64,000 nucleotides of DNA from Eledone cirrhosa (GCA_964016885.1 OZ024762.1:17670001-17734000), one strand, 5' to 3'; shown: positions 1-13,702, numbered from the stretch's first letter. Notes: generated by a model from the sequence alone, not told the origin. Program-made: numbers and translations.

Positions 1-1960
1 AAGAGACCCTCCTACACACAACAGAGAGAAAGCCAAGAGACCCTCCTACACACAACAGAGAGAAAGCCAAGGGTCCCTCCTACACACAACAGAGAGAAAG
101 CCAAGGGTCCCTCCTACACACAACAGAGAGAAAGCCAAGGGACCCTCCTACACACAACAGAGAGAAAGCCAAGGGACCCTCCTACACACAACAGAGAGAA
201 AGCCAAGAGACCCTCCTACACACAACAGAGAGAAAGCCAAGGGACCCTCCTACACACAACAGAGAGAAAGCCAAGAGACCCTCCTACACACAACAGAGAG
301 AAAGCCAAGGGTCCCTCCTACACACAACAGGGAGAAAGCCAAGAGACCCTCCTACACATAACAGAGAGAAAGCCAAGTGACCCTCCTACATACAACAGAG
401 AGAAAGCCAAGGGACCCTCCTACACACAACAGAGAGAAAGCCAAGAGACCCTCCTACACACAACAGAGAGAAAGCCAAGGGACCCTCCTACACACAACAG
501 AGAGAAAGCCAACGGACCCTCCTACACACAACAAAGAGAAAGCCAAGGGTCCCTCCTACACACAACAGAGAGAAAGCCAACGGACCCTCCTACACACAAC
601 AGAGAGAAAGCCAACGGACCCTCCTACACACAACAAAGAGAAAGCCAAGAGACCCTCCTACACACAACAGAGAGAAAGCCAAGGGACCCTCCTACACACA
701 ACAGAGAGAAAGCCAAGGGTCCCTCCTACACACAACAGAGAGAAAGCCAAGGGTCCCTCCTACACACAACAGAGAGAAAGCCAAGGGACCCTCCTACACA
801 CAACAGAGAGAAAGCCAAGGGACCCTCCTACACACAACAGAGAGAAAGCCAAGAGACCCTCCTACACACAACAGAGAGAAAGCCAAGGGACCCTCCTACA
901 CACAACAGAGAGAAAGCCAACGGACCCTCCTACACACAACAAAGAGAAAGCCAAGGGTCCCTCCTACACACAACAGAGAGAAAGCCAACGGACCCTCCTA
1001 CACACAACAGAGAGAAAGCCAACGGACCCTCCTACACACAACAAAGAGAAAGCCAAGAGACCCTCCTACACACAACAGAGAGAAAGCCAAGGGACCCTCC
1101 TACACACAACAGAGAGAAAGCCAAGGGTCCCTCCTACACACAACAGAGAGAAAGCCAAGGGTCCCTCCTACACACAACAGAGAGAAAGCCAAGGGACCCT
1201 CCTACACACAACAGAGAGAAAGCCAAGGGACCCTCCTACACACAACAGAGAGAAAGCCAAGGGACCCTCCTACACACAACAGAGAGAAAGCCAACGGACC
1301 CTCCTACACACAACAGAGAGAAAGCCAAGGGACCCTCCTACACACAACAGAGAGAAAGCCAACGGACCCTCCTACACACAACAGAGAGAAAGCCAAGGGA
1401 CCCTCCTACACACAACAGAGAGAAAGCCAAGGGACCCTCCTACACACAACAGAGAGAAAGCCAACGGACCCTCCTACACACAACAGAGAGAAAGCCAAGG
1501 GACCCTCCTACACACAACAGAGAGAAAGCCAACGGACCCTCCTACACACAACAGAGAGAAAGCCAAGGGACCCTCCTACACACAACAGAGAGAAAGCCAA
1601 GGGACCCTCCTACACACAACAGAGAGAAAGCCAACGGACCCTCCTACACACAACAGAGAGAAAGCCAACGGACCCTCCTACACACAACAGAGAGAAAGCC
1701 AAGGGACCCTCCTACACACAACAGAGAGAAAGCCAACGGACCCTCCTACATACAACAGAGAGAAAGCCAAGAGACCCTCCTACACACAACAGAGAGAAAG
1801 CCAAGGGACCCTCCTAGACACAACAGAGAGAAAGCCAAGGGACCCTCTACACACAACAGAGAGAAAGCCAAGGGACCCTCCTAGACACAACAGAGAGAAA
1901 GCCAAGGGACCCTCTACACACAACAGAGAGAAAGCCAAGGGACCCTCCTACACACAACAG
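1..1960. repeat. 34-bp minisatellite (AAGGGACCCTCCTACACACAACAGAGAGAAAGCC), running off the window start
   Basis: Directly visible tandem units; variation is mostly at a few positions (GGGA/GAGA/GGGT/CGGA). Confidence 0.97.
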
Positions 1961-1985
1961 AGTTTTAAAAATATTTTTACACTAT

Positions 1986-2160
1986 TGGCAGTATCAGTAG
2001 AGGGTCGCACATGCTTTCCAGCGTAGTTACGTCCCTTTACATTCTGAGTTCAAATCCCGCCGAGGTTAACTTTGCCTTTCATCCTTACGGGGTCGATAAG
2101 ATAAAGTACCAGTAATACACTGGGTAATTGCTGGCCTTGTGCCAAAAGTAGAAACAATTA
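1986..2160 (+). mobile_element. tRNA-derived SINE, family A
   Basis: A-box-like TGGCAGTATCAGTAG, B-box GAGTTCAAATCCC, conserved body TTTGCCTTTCATCCTTACGGGGTCGATAA.ATAAAGTACCAGT and AAACAATTA tail; about 20 related copies in the window. Confidence 0.9.
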
Positions 2161-2198
2161 TTACACTGTGTTCTTTATGGCCATCTAGTAGTGAATCC

Positions 2199-2307
<109 letters not shown>

Positions 2308-2429
2308 TCTCTCTCTCGCTCTCTCTCTCTCGTATATACACACATATATATATATATAATTTCAGCGAGATCAGATTTCGGTTGTGGTCGAAAACAAAGC
2401 GATATATATATATATATATATATGTATGT

Positions 2430-2462
<33 letters not shown>

Positions 2463-2508
2463 CATATATTTACACACACACACATACACATATACATACA
2501 TGATATAT

Positions 2509-2858
2509 GATACACCCAAGGATTGGACCCCGTGCTATCCGCCCACGACAAAAATCTCACTCGCATCTCATAACAACAATACGGCACAATTATTTCACCT
2601 TAATTGTCCCCGCTCTCCTTAACATTACACCAAAACACATTAAAACGGAAACAGACCCCATAAAGTTCAAGAACTCTTTGAACAAATTCCTTCAAGAAAT
2701 CCCGGATAAACCTCCTACACCCGGATATGACTCTGTAAACAACAACTCTCTACTTGAATGGGCCATGGTGTCCAATTCCTGATTTGAAAGATTTCGCCAG
2801 GTGGTGCTATTAAGATAGACATGGCCTGGGCCAATACTGGCCGAAACCTATCAAAGTT
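2509..2858 (+). mobile_element. CR1/L2-group LINE 3' end fragment
   Basis: Translation IRHNYFT..PALLN.TPK.IK..DPIKFKNSLNKFLQEIPDKP..PGY..NNNSLLEWA resembles the ORF2 C-terminus of invertebrate CR1-group LINEs; followed by a short 3' UTR and (TA)n. Confidence 0.7.
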
Positions 2859-3046
2859 ATATATATATATATATAGATACTATAGAGTAAAGCATGTCCA
2901 GAGAATTATTTGATAATATATATACATCATCTCTACTCCCAATCAGCATAATTAACCACACAAGAAATCAATTAGACCAGGCTATAAGAATAAAAGGCAC
3001 CTATGAAGAAACAGTAAATAAATACGCCACAGCAGCGTCTTCGCGT

Positions 3047-3097
<51 letters not shown>

Positions 3098-3099
3098 TA

Positions 3100-3400
3100 G
3101 ATAAATATACACGTTGGTCGAAATACAGTTTGCAAGATTTAGCATTCTGGAGCCACTTTTCCCTGTATAAAATGTATAAAAGGTAGAAAATTTACCCATC
3201 TTATTACAGTTGAAAATTGCAAACTTGACTGTCACCACATATTATGAACCTGAAGATTGCGAAAGCATGAAAGTACTTGTTCAATTAACACTTAGAATTT
3301 AATATTCTATCATACTATTTCATTATAATACCATTATAAATTTTAAAGGATTGTAAATAAAACGAGTAAATCAGACAAAGTTGGAATTCCTCTTATTAAT
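3100..3400 (+). mobile_element. Penelope-like element 3' remnant with hammerhead-like motif at 3245-3283
   Basis: TGAAC-CTGAAGA-TTGCGAAAGCAT-GAAA-GTAC-TT-GTTCA folds as a minimal type I hammerhead; flanked by (TA)n. Confidence 0.5.
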
Positions 3401-3480
3401 ATATATATATATATATATATAAACAAGAAGTGTAATTCAACAGATTAAAATTAACTTCGTTTATTCATATTCGCTGTTAA

Positions 3481-3655
3481 TAATTGTTTCTACTTTAGGC
3501 ACAAGGCCAGCAATTATCCAGTGCATTACTGGTACTTTATTTTATCGACCCCGTAAGGATGAAAGGCAAAGTCAACCTCGGCGGGATTTGAACTCAGATC
3601 GTAAAGGGACGTAACTATGCTGGAAAGCATGGCGTCCGACCCTCTACCGATACTG
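3481..3655 (-). mobile_element. SINE family A
   Basis: Reverse complement of the 1986-2160 consensus. Confidence 0.88.
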
Positions 3656-4192
3656 CGACAACCATTATGTGACAGCTATGCCTTCATCAGACAGTTAGAA
3701 TTGGAACAGAAAAAAAAAATAGAAAAAAAACATAACGAGTTTATTTCTGTTATTTCGATTCTTTGATATGCTCAGTGCTGAAGTTTGGTGTTGTTTTCTC
3801 AAAGCACTGGTCGCATGTATACATATGTACATGTCTCTATGACACTGCATTACAGCGTGGCAAACTTTTCCTGTAGGAATACCAGAATACAATTCTGTGC
3901 GGCTATTATCACGTGTATATCTTGCAGTACGTGGTCATCTTAAATATATATAGGAATAAGTAAATATATACTATAGAGGTGGGGGTGTATATTAGAGTGA
4001 CAGTGGACATTAAATTGAGATATTATATAGAAACCGAAAAAATATGTCATGTTTTATTTGCTATCAGTGAAGTACATCATTTAATGTATACACACGTCCA
4101 CAAATATAGGAGTTTTTTGTAGATCGTGTGTGAGTGTATGTATGTATATGTATATATGTATATATATATCTCTTTCCCGACATATATATGTA

Positions 4193-4226
<34 letters not shown>

Positions 4227-4369
4227 TCCCTCGCCCGATATATATATGTATGCATATATATATGTATGTATTTATGTCTGTATGTCAGTCTGTCTGTCTG
4301 TCTGTCTGTCTGTCTGTAAGTAAGTATGTATGTATGTGTGTATGTCATCAGTCTGCCTGTATGTATGTA

Positions 4370-4417
<48 letters not shown>

Positions 4418-4815
4418 ACATTTTCAACACTACTCCATCTATACAACCATACAACTGTTGTACAGTAATAGTTTTAACAACAAAATGGAGGCAGTCATTG
4501 CTATTTCTTGAGTAAATATATTCAAGGAATATTTATCACGCTGATTAATATGAGTAAATAGTTATAAATCATAACATCGTTGGTGGAAAGGTCGACAGAA
4601 GCGCTGCGTCATCACTTATAACTGCTTCAGTTAAACAATGAATCTGTTAAGTCATTCTTATATTCTCTACTGGTTACCACACGCATGAATAATAAATAAT
4701 TCATTATATGTTATTTATGACTTTACGTAGTTAGGGTGCTGGACATGGTAGAATCGGTAGAGCGTTGGACAAAATCCTTTGCAGTATTTAGTTAGAGCCC
4801 CTTTTATGTTCTGAA

Positions 4816-5078
4816 ATTAGGCAACAGTTTCAAACCAATCAACGGCAGTGATATCAAGCAAATCGAGTATCTTGAGTCCTGGATCATGGACTCTGAGAAG
4901 GATTTCACCACCAGAAAGGCCCAAGGATGGTCAGCTTGCAACAAGATGGATCGAGTTTGGCGCTCAAATCTTTCCAACCACACCAAGATCAGACTCTTCC
5001 AAGTAACAATTCAACCAATCTTGCTATATGGAAGTGAAACATGGACGCTTTCATCTAAACAACAAAAGCATCTTGATG
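4816..5078 (+). mobile_element. RTE-clade LINE fragment (end of reverse transcriptase region)
   Basis: YLESWIMDSEKDF..RKAQGWSACNKMDRVWRSNL...KIRLF..TIQPILLYGSETWTL is a typical RTE motif; near-identical copy at 10574-10850. Confidence 0.85.
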
Positions 5079-5210
5079 TTAATTTATTAACTATTTCATT
5101 GAACCAAACTCAGTATAAGTTGGACACCCTGTATGTTATGTATGTATACTTGTATATGTACGCTTATAGAGATATATATATACCTCTTCATTTAATATAT
5201 ATATATATAT

Positions 5211-5443
5211 GTCCTTAGGGCATCAACATACGTTAACCTCGGTCTTCTTCTTCTAGTGTGTCCATGTAGAGGCTCCCAAAGGAGCACTGAGTGCAATGTC
5301 AACTCTGGATGTCGGTGGGCATGTCCAGCCAACCTCAGTCTCCTCTGTGTCACTGTTGGAGACGCAGGACATGGCAGCGATAACGAGGGACAGAGATCGC
5401 TGGAGAGAACTCGTCCATGGATCTCGGGAATTTTACCCGCCTT

Positions 5444-5445
<2 letters not shown>
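5211..5445. mobile_element. RTE LINE 3' end with internal inversion
   Basis: Minus strand of about 5211-5356 reads TVTQRRLRLAGHAHRHPELTLHSVLLWEPLHGHTRRRRPRLTYVDALR; plus strand of about 5353-5445 continues LLETQDMAAITRDRDRWRELVHGSREFYPP*. Confidence 0.75.
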
Positions 5446-5508
<63 letters not shown>

Positions 5509-5855
5509 GGGGTTAGAGAATAGGATTCGCAATCGTGAGGTTGTGAGTTCGATTCCCGGACCGGGCGACACTTTATTTCACGATGCTCCTTCTACCTGGA
5601 GTTGTGACCAATAGAGTATTAGAAATTGGTTATGGACCAATCATTGTTTCCTTGGTCTGATTTGACGAAGGTCGATCGACTGTATATTTATATATGTCCC
5701 AAGGCTCTGATACCATCAACACCATAAACACAGAGCTGACATATCTAAGAACTGACTAACTGCCTGATGAGGTCATAGCCATTCAATGGCTATCATCGAA
5801 ATATATATAAAAGTAAATAAAGGATTATGAGTTCATGCAATTGACTTATGTTTCG

Positions 5856-5927
<72 letters not shown>

Positions 5928-5970
5928 CGAAACATAATATATATATATATATATATATCTTTTCAGTCGA

Positions 5971-6146
5971 CGAGAGTCAGCAGAAAAGTTCATAGGCTAT
6001 TTATAAATGAGTGATGCTGAAGCTGTGAAATCTTGAATGCATTAATAACTTCATTGTATCTTTCCAGGGACTATGTTGAAAAATAAATTTCATTTGGTCA
6101 TCCCATGAGGGAATCTTGGTCAGCTCATGAACTTTTCAGCCAACCG

Positions 6147-6149
<3 letters not shown>
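5971..6149. mobile_element. mariner-derived MITE
   Basis: Imperfect terminal inverted repeats (CGAGAGTCAGCAGAAAAGTTCATAGGCT / AGCTCATGAACTTTTCAGCCAACCGTCG); the right half matches the end of the mariner remnant at 52040-52216. Confidence 0.7.
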
Positions 6150-6236
<87 letters not shown>

Positions 6237-6388
6237 TCAGGATGGATTCAGTTTGAAACTGGTTAGACCATTACACAATAAAGTACTCGATACTTGGAGT
6301 TGTAGAGTATGGTAATATAAAGGAGTTGGGATCCCCACGGCTGAGCTTCTGCTGTTTCAACAGCTAGATCGGAACTATACATATATAC

Positions 6389-6424
<36 letters not shown>

Positions 6425-6458
6425 GTGTAGGTCTGTGCGTGTGTGTGTGTGCGTGTGC

Positions 6459-6493
<35 letters not shown>

Positions 6494-6725
6494 TGTGCGT
6501 GTGTGTGTGCGTGTGTGTGTGTCAATTAGCAGTTAAACATCAAAATGAGTGAGTTAAGCACTCTGTCAATCAGGAGTAATTATGTAACTCCACAACAGTA
6601 AAGACATGTCCACTGAAAATTAGAACCAAAAGCAAAGCGAACTGTTCCACAGTACAAACTGTATGTAAAATATAGACATTCACACACACACAGACACTCA
6701 CACAAATACACAAGCGAATATAAGC

Positions 6726-6787
<62 letters not shown>

Positions 6788-7546
6788 GTGTACTGATACA
6801 TACACAATACTTTCACACACACACACACACACACACACATATGTTCTGCAATAGCAAATCAACGAGCAAAATATAAAAGGTAAATGTTAAAGAGAATTAT
6901 GTATTCTGTCAATCTTTCATAATAAAATCACAACCTCTACTTCACTGACTTTCCAGTTAAAACTAAAATGGACGCTTTATAACCTCTCTATTTTGCCTCC
7001 ATTTTAATTCGCTTGTAATTTTGATTTGGCATTTATCTTGAGAGTAAATAAAGGACTTTTTTTTTACTTTCAATTATTTTAAATTGACAGAGGCACGATC
7101 TATAAATTAGCATAGTTTATCTCGTAACATTTTACGCCTAGTCTCTCATATTTTCGGTTAATATCGTATCATCTTTGTCGCTCTTTATAAACCGGCACGC
7201 CATTTGTGTCAATAAGTGTTATTAATTTCATTTGACACTTCGATATACAATGAATTCTAACTTAGGCAAAACATGGTAGATTAGCGGAGTCGTTAAAGCG
7301 TTAGAGATGGAATTAGGCAATTCTTTACAGTATTCGCTCTGGCTGTTCGCGCCACGAGTTCAAATCCCGTCAAGGTTAAATTTACTTTTCATTTTGCCAA
7401 TGTCGTAAAAATAAGTACTGGGATCGATATGTGATCGGTTTTTTTCCTGCCCCTAAATTGCTGGCCTCGTTGCTATGTTAGAAAGAGTTTAGACACAAGA
7501 AGGGTGAACAGTTGAAACCTGATTATATTGACCCCAGGCGCGCGCG

Positions 7547-7577
<31 letters not shown>

Positions 7578-7674
7578 TGAGTATATGTTGGTTGTTTACC
7601 GACACCTCAGTATGCAGATTGGAGCACTTGACGAAGTACGCAGGGTGGTTTGTTTACTTTCGCCTAATGTAAAA

Positions 7675-7852
7675 TAATTGTTTCTACTTTAGGCACAAGG
7701 CCAGCAATTACCCAGTGCATTACTGGTACTTTATTTTATCGACCCCGTAAGGATGAAAGGCAAAGTTAACCTTGGCGGGATTTGAACTCAGACTGTAAAG
7801 GGAGGTAACTATGCTAGAAAGCATGACGTCCAACCCTCTACCGATACTGCCA
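7675..7852 (-). mobile_element. SINE family A
   Basis: Reverse complement of the family consensus. Confidence 0.88.
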
Positions 7853-7918
7853 ATTCACTGTAAAATAATTAAGTCAAATATGTAAAATTTGGCTTCGTTT
7901 ATTATAAATGATAGATAT

Positions 7919-7991
7919 ACTACTATATATATATTTCGGTGACAGCCATCATTGGTGACAGCCATCATTGTCTGAGACCTCTTCAGGCAGT
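7919..7991 (-). ncRNA. minimal type I hammerhead ribozyme motif (Penelope-like repeat)
   Basis: Minus strand reads ACTGC-CTGAAGA-GGT...ACC-GAAA-TATATATA-TA-GTAGT, with stem I ACUGC/GUAGU. A related degenerate copy lies on + at about 5759-5815. Confidence 0.55.
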
Positions 7992-8111
7992 CCGAATTGG
8001 TGTGGGAAAGACAGGTACACATGTTGTTGAAGTGTGTTTTACTCCGTCAATACATCGATATGTCCAGCTCCTGGTTGTGTTGTTATTCCTCTGAGGAACT
8101 GGAATCATATG

Positions 8112-8668
8112 ACTGTGTATGCATATATATGCATGTGTGTGTGTTTGTGTCTATGTATGTGTGGTAGTGTATATGTGTGTATGCATATATATGCATGTGT
8201 GTGTGTTTGTGTCTATGTATGTGTGGTAGTGTATATGTGTGTATGCATATATATATGTATGTGTGTGTGTTTGTGTCTATGTATATGTGGTAGTGTATAT
8301 GTGTGTATGCATATATATGCATGTGTGTGTGTTTGTGTCTATGTATGTGTGGTAGTGTATATGTGTGTGTGTGTGTTTGTGTCTATGTATGTGTGGTAGT
8401 GTATATGTGTGTATGCATATATATATGTATGTGTGTGTGTGTTTGTGTCTATGTATGTGTGGTAGTGTATATGTGTGTATGCATATATATGTATGCATGT
8501 GTGTGTGTTTGTGTCTATGTATGTGTGGTAGTGTATATGTGTGTATGCATGTATATATATGTATGTGTGTGTGTTTGTTTGTGTCTATGTATGTGTGGTA
8601 GTGTATATGTGTGTATGCGTGTGTGTGTTTGTGTCTATGTATGTGTGGTAGTGTATATGTGTGTATGC

Positions 8669-8704
<36 letters not shown>

Positions 8705-8840
8705 GTATGTGTGTGTTTGTGTCTATGTATGTATGGTAGTGTATATGTGTGTATGCATATATATATGTATGTGTGTGTGTTTGTGTCTATGTATGTGTGG
8801 TAGTGTGTATGTGTGTATGTGTTCATGTCTATGTATATGT
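8112..8840. repeat. compound (TG/TA) minisatellite with GTGGTAGTG core
   Basis: Repeated TTTGTGTCTATGTATGTGTGGTAGTGTATATGTGTGTATGCATATAT units of variable length. Confidence 0.85.
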
Positions 8841-9497
8841 GGCAGTGTTATACATTGGTTGTGTGTGTGTGATGAAAATAAATAATTCTCGCCCACCAAT
8901 ACGAGCGGCTCTCATTCGATGACGGCAGCTCTGACAGTCACATGTCATTTGTAAGGAAGTGTCCACTAGTTACAACACTTTCATAACCCCCCACCCCCCA
9001 CCACCCACCCACACACACAGATCACACACACACAGATACACACATAGAGACACACACAGAGACACACATAGAGACACACACAGAGACACGCACAGAGACA
9101 CACATAGAGACACACACAGGCACACACATAGAGACACGCACAGAGAGTCACGTCCAGCTAGTTACAACACTTTCACCCCCCCCCCCCCCGCCACACACAC
9201 ACATAGAGACACACACACACAGCCACACACATAGAGACACACACATAGAGAGACACACACAGAGACACACACAGGCACACACATAGAGACACGCACAGAG
9301 AGACACATAGAGACACGCACAGAGACACACACACACACAGCCACACACGTAGAGACACACACATAGACACACACATGCGTACACATACACACACACACAC
9401 ATGTGCGTGCACACACACACAGACACACATACAGATACAGACATACACAGACGCAGACATACACAGACGCAGACGCACACAGACACACACGTGCATG

Positions 9498-9528
<31 letters not shown>

Positions 9529-9887
9529 GCACACAGACAGAGACACACACAGATATAGAGACACACACAGATATAGAGACACACACGCGCGCGTGCGTGC
9601 ACACGTACACTCAGACATACACTCATACACACGCGCACACTGACACGCACACACAGACATACGCACACAGATACATATACGCACGCACGCACATACACAT
9701 CTCCCCCTCTTTCCGCTTTCTCCTCTCCCCCTCCTTCTCACTACATCTATAACCACACGTCTATTTTCCATTCTATATATCCAGAGAGAAAAATCCACTT
9801 AGAGCTCAGCATCTTTAGATTGACACTCCGGAAAATACGCTTGCGTCTGTATTATATATACATATATACATACATATATATATATAT

Positions 9888-9988
<101 letters not shown>

Positions 9989-10070
9989 CAGACCCAAGCG
10001 TATTTATATATATAAAAACATAAATATGTATATATTTATCTATATCTATACATATATATAAGCATATATA

Positions 10071-10102
<32 letters not shown>

Positions 10103-10458
10103 CAGGGGCGAAGGGTCAGTGCATGCAACGCATGCAGTGCATGCGTTATAGAATCTTGAGTTGATCAATTGCGTCGGTTGAAGCAAGCAGAATTGTGGCT
10201 GCTTACTAAAACGTAGACACATAAAAAGATAGCACGCACACATACACACACACACACACACGACAGCTTTGGGGCAAGCAGAATTTTCATTGCTTACTAA
10301 ACCGTAGACACATAAAAAGATAACACACACACACACACACATGTCATAAGTCGATATGACATATGGAAATCAGTTGGATTATAACATCCATTGTAAACGG
10401 CAGAGAAAATGACCTTCCTACGATATATATGTAAATCATAGACAGTGTCTTTCATTAG

Positions 10459-10544
10459 AAATTAAGGACCGAAGCACTTGCATGAACTGGGCTTTCTCCT
10501 CTGAAGATCTGCTGTCCAGCTCTCCTCAGTATTTCCTACCACTG
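10459..10544 (+). CDS. candidate internal coding exon of an unidentified gene
   Basis: Acceptor gtgtctttcattag, donor CTG/gtaagg; 86 nt, open as IKDRSTCMNWAFSSEDLLSSSPQYFLPL; no similar sequence seen elsewhere in the window. Confidence 0.4.
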
Positions 10545-10573
10545 GTAAGGATATGATTAAGGCGTGTATATGT

Positions 10574-10850
10574 ATGGACTCTGAAAAGGGTTTCGCCACC
10601 AGAAAGGCCCAAGCATGGTCAGCTTGCAAACAAGATGGATCGAGTTTGGCGCTCAAATCTTTCCAACCACACCAAGATCAGACTCTTCCAAGTAACAATT
10701 CAACCAATCTTGCTATATGGAAGTGAAACATGGACGCTTTCATCTAAACAACAAAAACACCTTGATGGCACCTACACTCGCCTGCTTCAACACATTCAGA
10801 ACATAAGCTGGCGACATCTGACTTTGAGAGAGATATATGGCAATAACATT
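10574..10850 (+). mobile_element. RTE-clade LINE fragment
   Basis: Same family as 4816-5078; extends to LDGTYTRLLQHIQNISWRHLTLREIYG. Confidence 0.85.
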
Positions 10851-11069
10851 TGAGGGGAGGGGTAAAGTCGATTAAATTGACCCCCACTACGTTACTGGTA
10901 CTTTATTTATCGTCCCACCAATGATGAAAGGTAAAGTTGACTCGGGAATGATATAAGACAACTTTCCTGCCGCCAGTAATGATTTCTAATTTAGGTAGAA
11001 GGCCAGAGATATGTCGATTACATCGACCCCCAGTAAGTAACTGGTACATTATTTTATCGACCTTGGAAG

Positions 11070-11338
11070 CAGGATTGGATTTAGACGTTGGGGGCCCCGG
11101 GGCACTTCTAGTTTGGAGAGCCCCTCATACACAAAAAATTAGAATACACACCAAATCCCCCAATTTTACATATCAAAGTTATACAGACAGGTATTAAATG
11201 CAAAAATTCTAACCAACCTAATAACTAAAAAGCCCAGCTGAGGGCACAAATAAATTGCTACAGCAGTCGCTGGTGGGGCCTCTCACTGCAGGGCCCCAGG
11301 GCAATTGCCACCTTTGCCTTCCATTAAATCCGGCCTTG
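11070..11338. mobile_element. non-autonomous DNA transposon (MITE) nested in a SINE remnant
   Basis: Inverted ends CAGGATTGGATTTAG / TTAAATCCGGCCTTG with subterminal GGGCCCC motifs; related copies at about 32750-32912 (partial) and 40419-40739. Confidence 0.65.
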
Positions 11339-11717
11339 GATGACCATGTTGCCCATGGCTGGATTTGAAACCAGAACGACTTCTGTAAACAATTCTATCT
11401 CTAGCGACGGAAGGTAGAGGCCCCTAACGAAATACTGCAATGTATTGTAGTCAGATGATCTACCGATTATGTTAATCAGTTATCATCAATTAAAATAACA
11501 AAAATAACACAAAAAGACACAACTTAGAAATAGAAAATGCGAAGGAATAACAAAGAGTGAGAGAGGGGGGATTAAGAGAGAGAGAGAGAGTTAGAGAGAG
11601 AGAGAGAGAGAGAGATACAGAGAGAGGTAGAGAGGCGGGATTGAGAAAGAGAGAGAGAGAGAGGGGGAGTGAGAAATAGAGAGGTGGAGAGAGGGGTGGT
11701 GGTGAGAAAGAGAGATA

Positions 11718-11748
<31 letters not shown>

Positions 11749-12275
11749 TAATAGAGAGAGATAGAGAGAGGTAGAGAGAGGGGAATTGAGAAAGAGTGAG
11801 AGGTAGAGAGAGGTGGAAAGAGAGTAATAGAGAGAGATAGAGATAGATAGAGAGAGATAGAGAGAGGGGAATGAGAAAGAGAGAGAGAGGTAGATGGAGA
11901 GAGGGGGGATTTGAGAAAGAAATAGAGTGAGAGTGTATGATAGAGAGGGAGAGATGGAAAAGAGAGAGAGTGGATGGGCAATGACAAAAAGGAGGAGGAT
12001 GGGAAGAAGAAGAAGAAGAAAAAAAGAAGAAAAAAGAAAAAGAAAAAGAAGAAGAAGAAAAAATGAAGAAAAAAGAAGAAGAAGAAGAAGAAGAAGAAGA
12101 AGAAGAAGAAGAAGAAGAAGAAGAAGAAGAAGAAGAAGAAGAATGCAAAGAAGAAGAAGAAGATTGTCAGACGATAACATTTGAGCAGTCGATCCAATTT
12201 GACATGCGTGATATTAAAATATTAATTCTCTGATTCCGGCGGGTGTATATATATATATATATATATATACGTATG

Positions 12276-12308
<33 letters not shown>

Positions 12309-12333
12309 CTATATATATATGTGTATATATATA

Positions 12334-12387
<54 letters not shown>

Positions 12388-12463
12388 TATATATATAGGT
12401 GTATGTGTGTGTATATATATATACACACACACACACACCTATATATATATGTGTATATATATA

Positions 12464-12539
<76 letters not shown>

Positions 12540-12582
12540 CACATATATATATAGGTGTGTGTGTGTGTATATATATATACAT

Positions 12583-12619
<37 letters not shown>

Positions 12620-12674
12620 CTTATCTATGTATCTATGTATGTATGTATATATTTATCTAATAAAGAAATCTCTT

Positions 12675-12712
<38 letters not shown>

Positions 12713-13047
12713 GATATATTTATATACACATGCGCAAGTTTCTTTGTATTAGTCTTTATGGCCATGTAAAGTTATAGGTTATCTATCAACATGTGTGGGC
12801 ATGTGGGCGTGTGTGTGTGTGTGTGTGGGCGTGTGTGTGTGGGCGTATGTAGACCGGATGAAATGAAGCAACAAATGGAAAATGTTGACCCCTATTCTGA
12901 AGCGTTCTAGCTGTTCTCATACCTATTGTTCCCTCATAACAGTATTTCTGAAAAAGGGGTTTTCCAAAATCAGAGGTCACCCACGCGAACTTACTTTTTA
13001 AAAATTTTTTTATATAAATTATTTTTAAAATGTATTCCTGAGTTTTA

Positions 13048-13702
13048 TCTATCTATATATCTAAAACAGAGAATGTCTGTCTGTTTGTCTCCCTAAAACT
13101 CGAGAACCATCCAACCGATTGTTTTCAAACTTTACACATGTAATACTTATGGCCGTGTGAGTGTTTTCGGGAAAAAATATTTCAAATTTTCAATGTCCTA
13201 GGGACCGCATTAGGCGATTTAGCGATCTCTCTCTATAATTCTTAGTCTTTCTCTTTTTAGATAGATACATACATATAACGTTGCGCCCTTATAATATATG
13301 TCTGTATGTCTGACTGTCTGCATTGGACATTATGACGTTGTTATATGTGTCTGTGTATATGTGTATATAGTGTGTGTATATATATGTATATATATAGTGT
13401 GTGTAAATATATAGTGTGAAACGTTTTTCAAAATATTTACTTCTGCGTTCACAGATTGATTTTTTTAGTTTCAGAAGATCCCGTTAAGGGTGAAAGCAGC
13501 GATTCTTTGCTTAAACTTTAATCTGTTATTTTAATATATATATATATATATAATTATATATTTGTGTGCAGATAGTTTTACATACACAATAACAAAATAT
13601 AAACAAACGTATTTATTTCACGAGGCTCGATAAGGATAAATATATATCAAATATATAAGACCCCTAGAGCAAATCCCGAGCAACGCCGGGCCATTCTGCT
13701 AG
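13048..13702 (+). mobile_element. non-autonomous Helitron-like element
   Basis: 5' TC(TATCTATATAT), internal CTGTCTGTTTGT microsatellite, 3' hairpin CCCG-AGCAACGC-CGGG then CTAG; sits between an A and a T. Confidence 0.7.

Noticed and set aside
377-2026. 549-aa ORF
   Set aside because: Translation of a stop-free 34-bp tandem repeat; GTG start; the peptide just cycles through three frames.
5505-5570. tRNA-like sequence with GGTTAGAG and GAGTTCGATTCCC
   Set aside because: No complete cloverleaf or acceptor stem; better explained as a SINE head.
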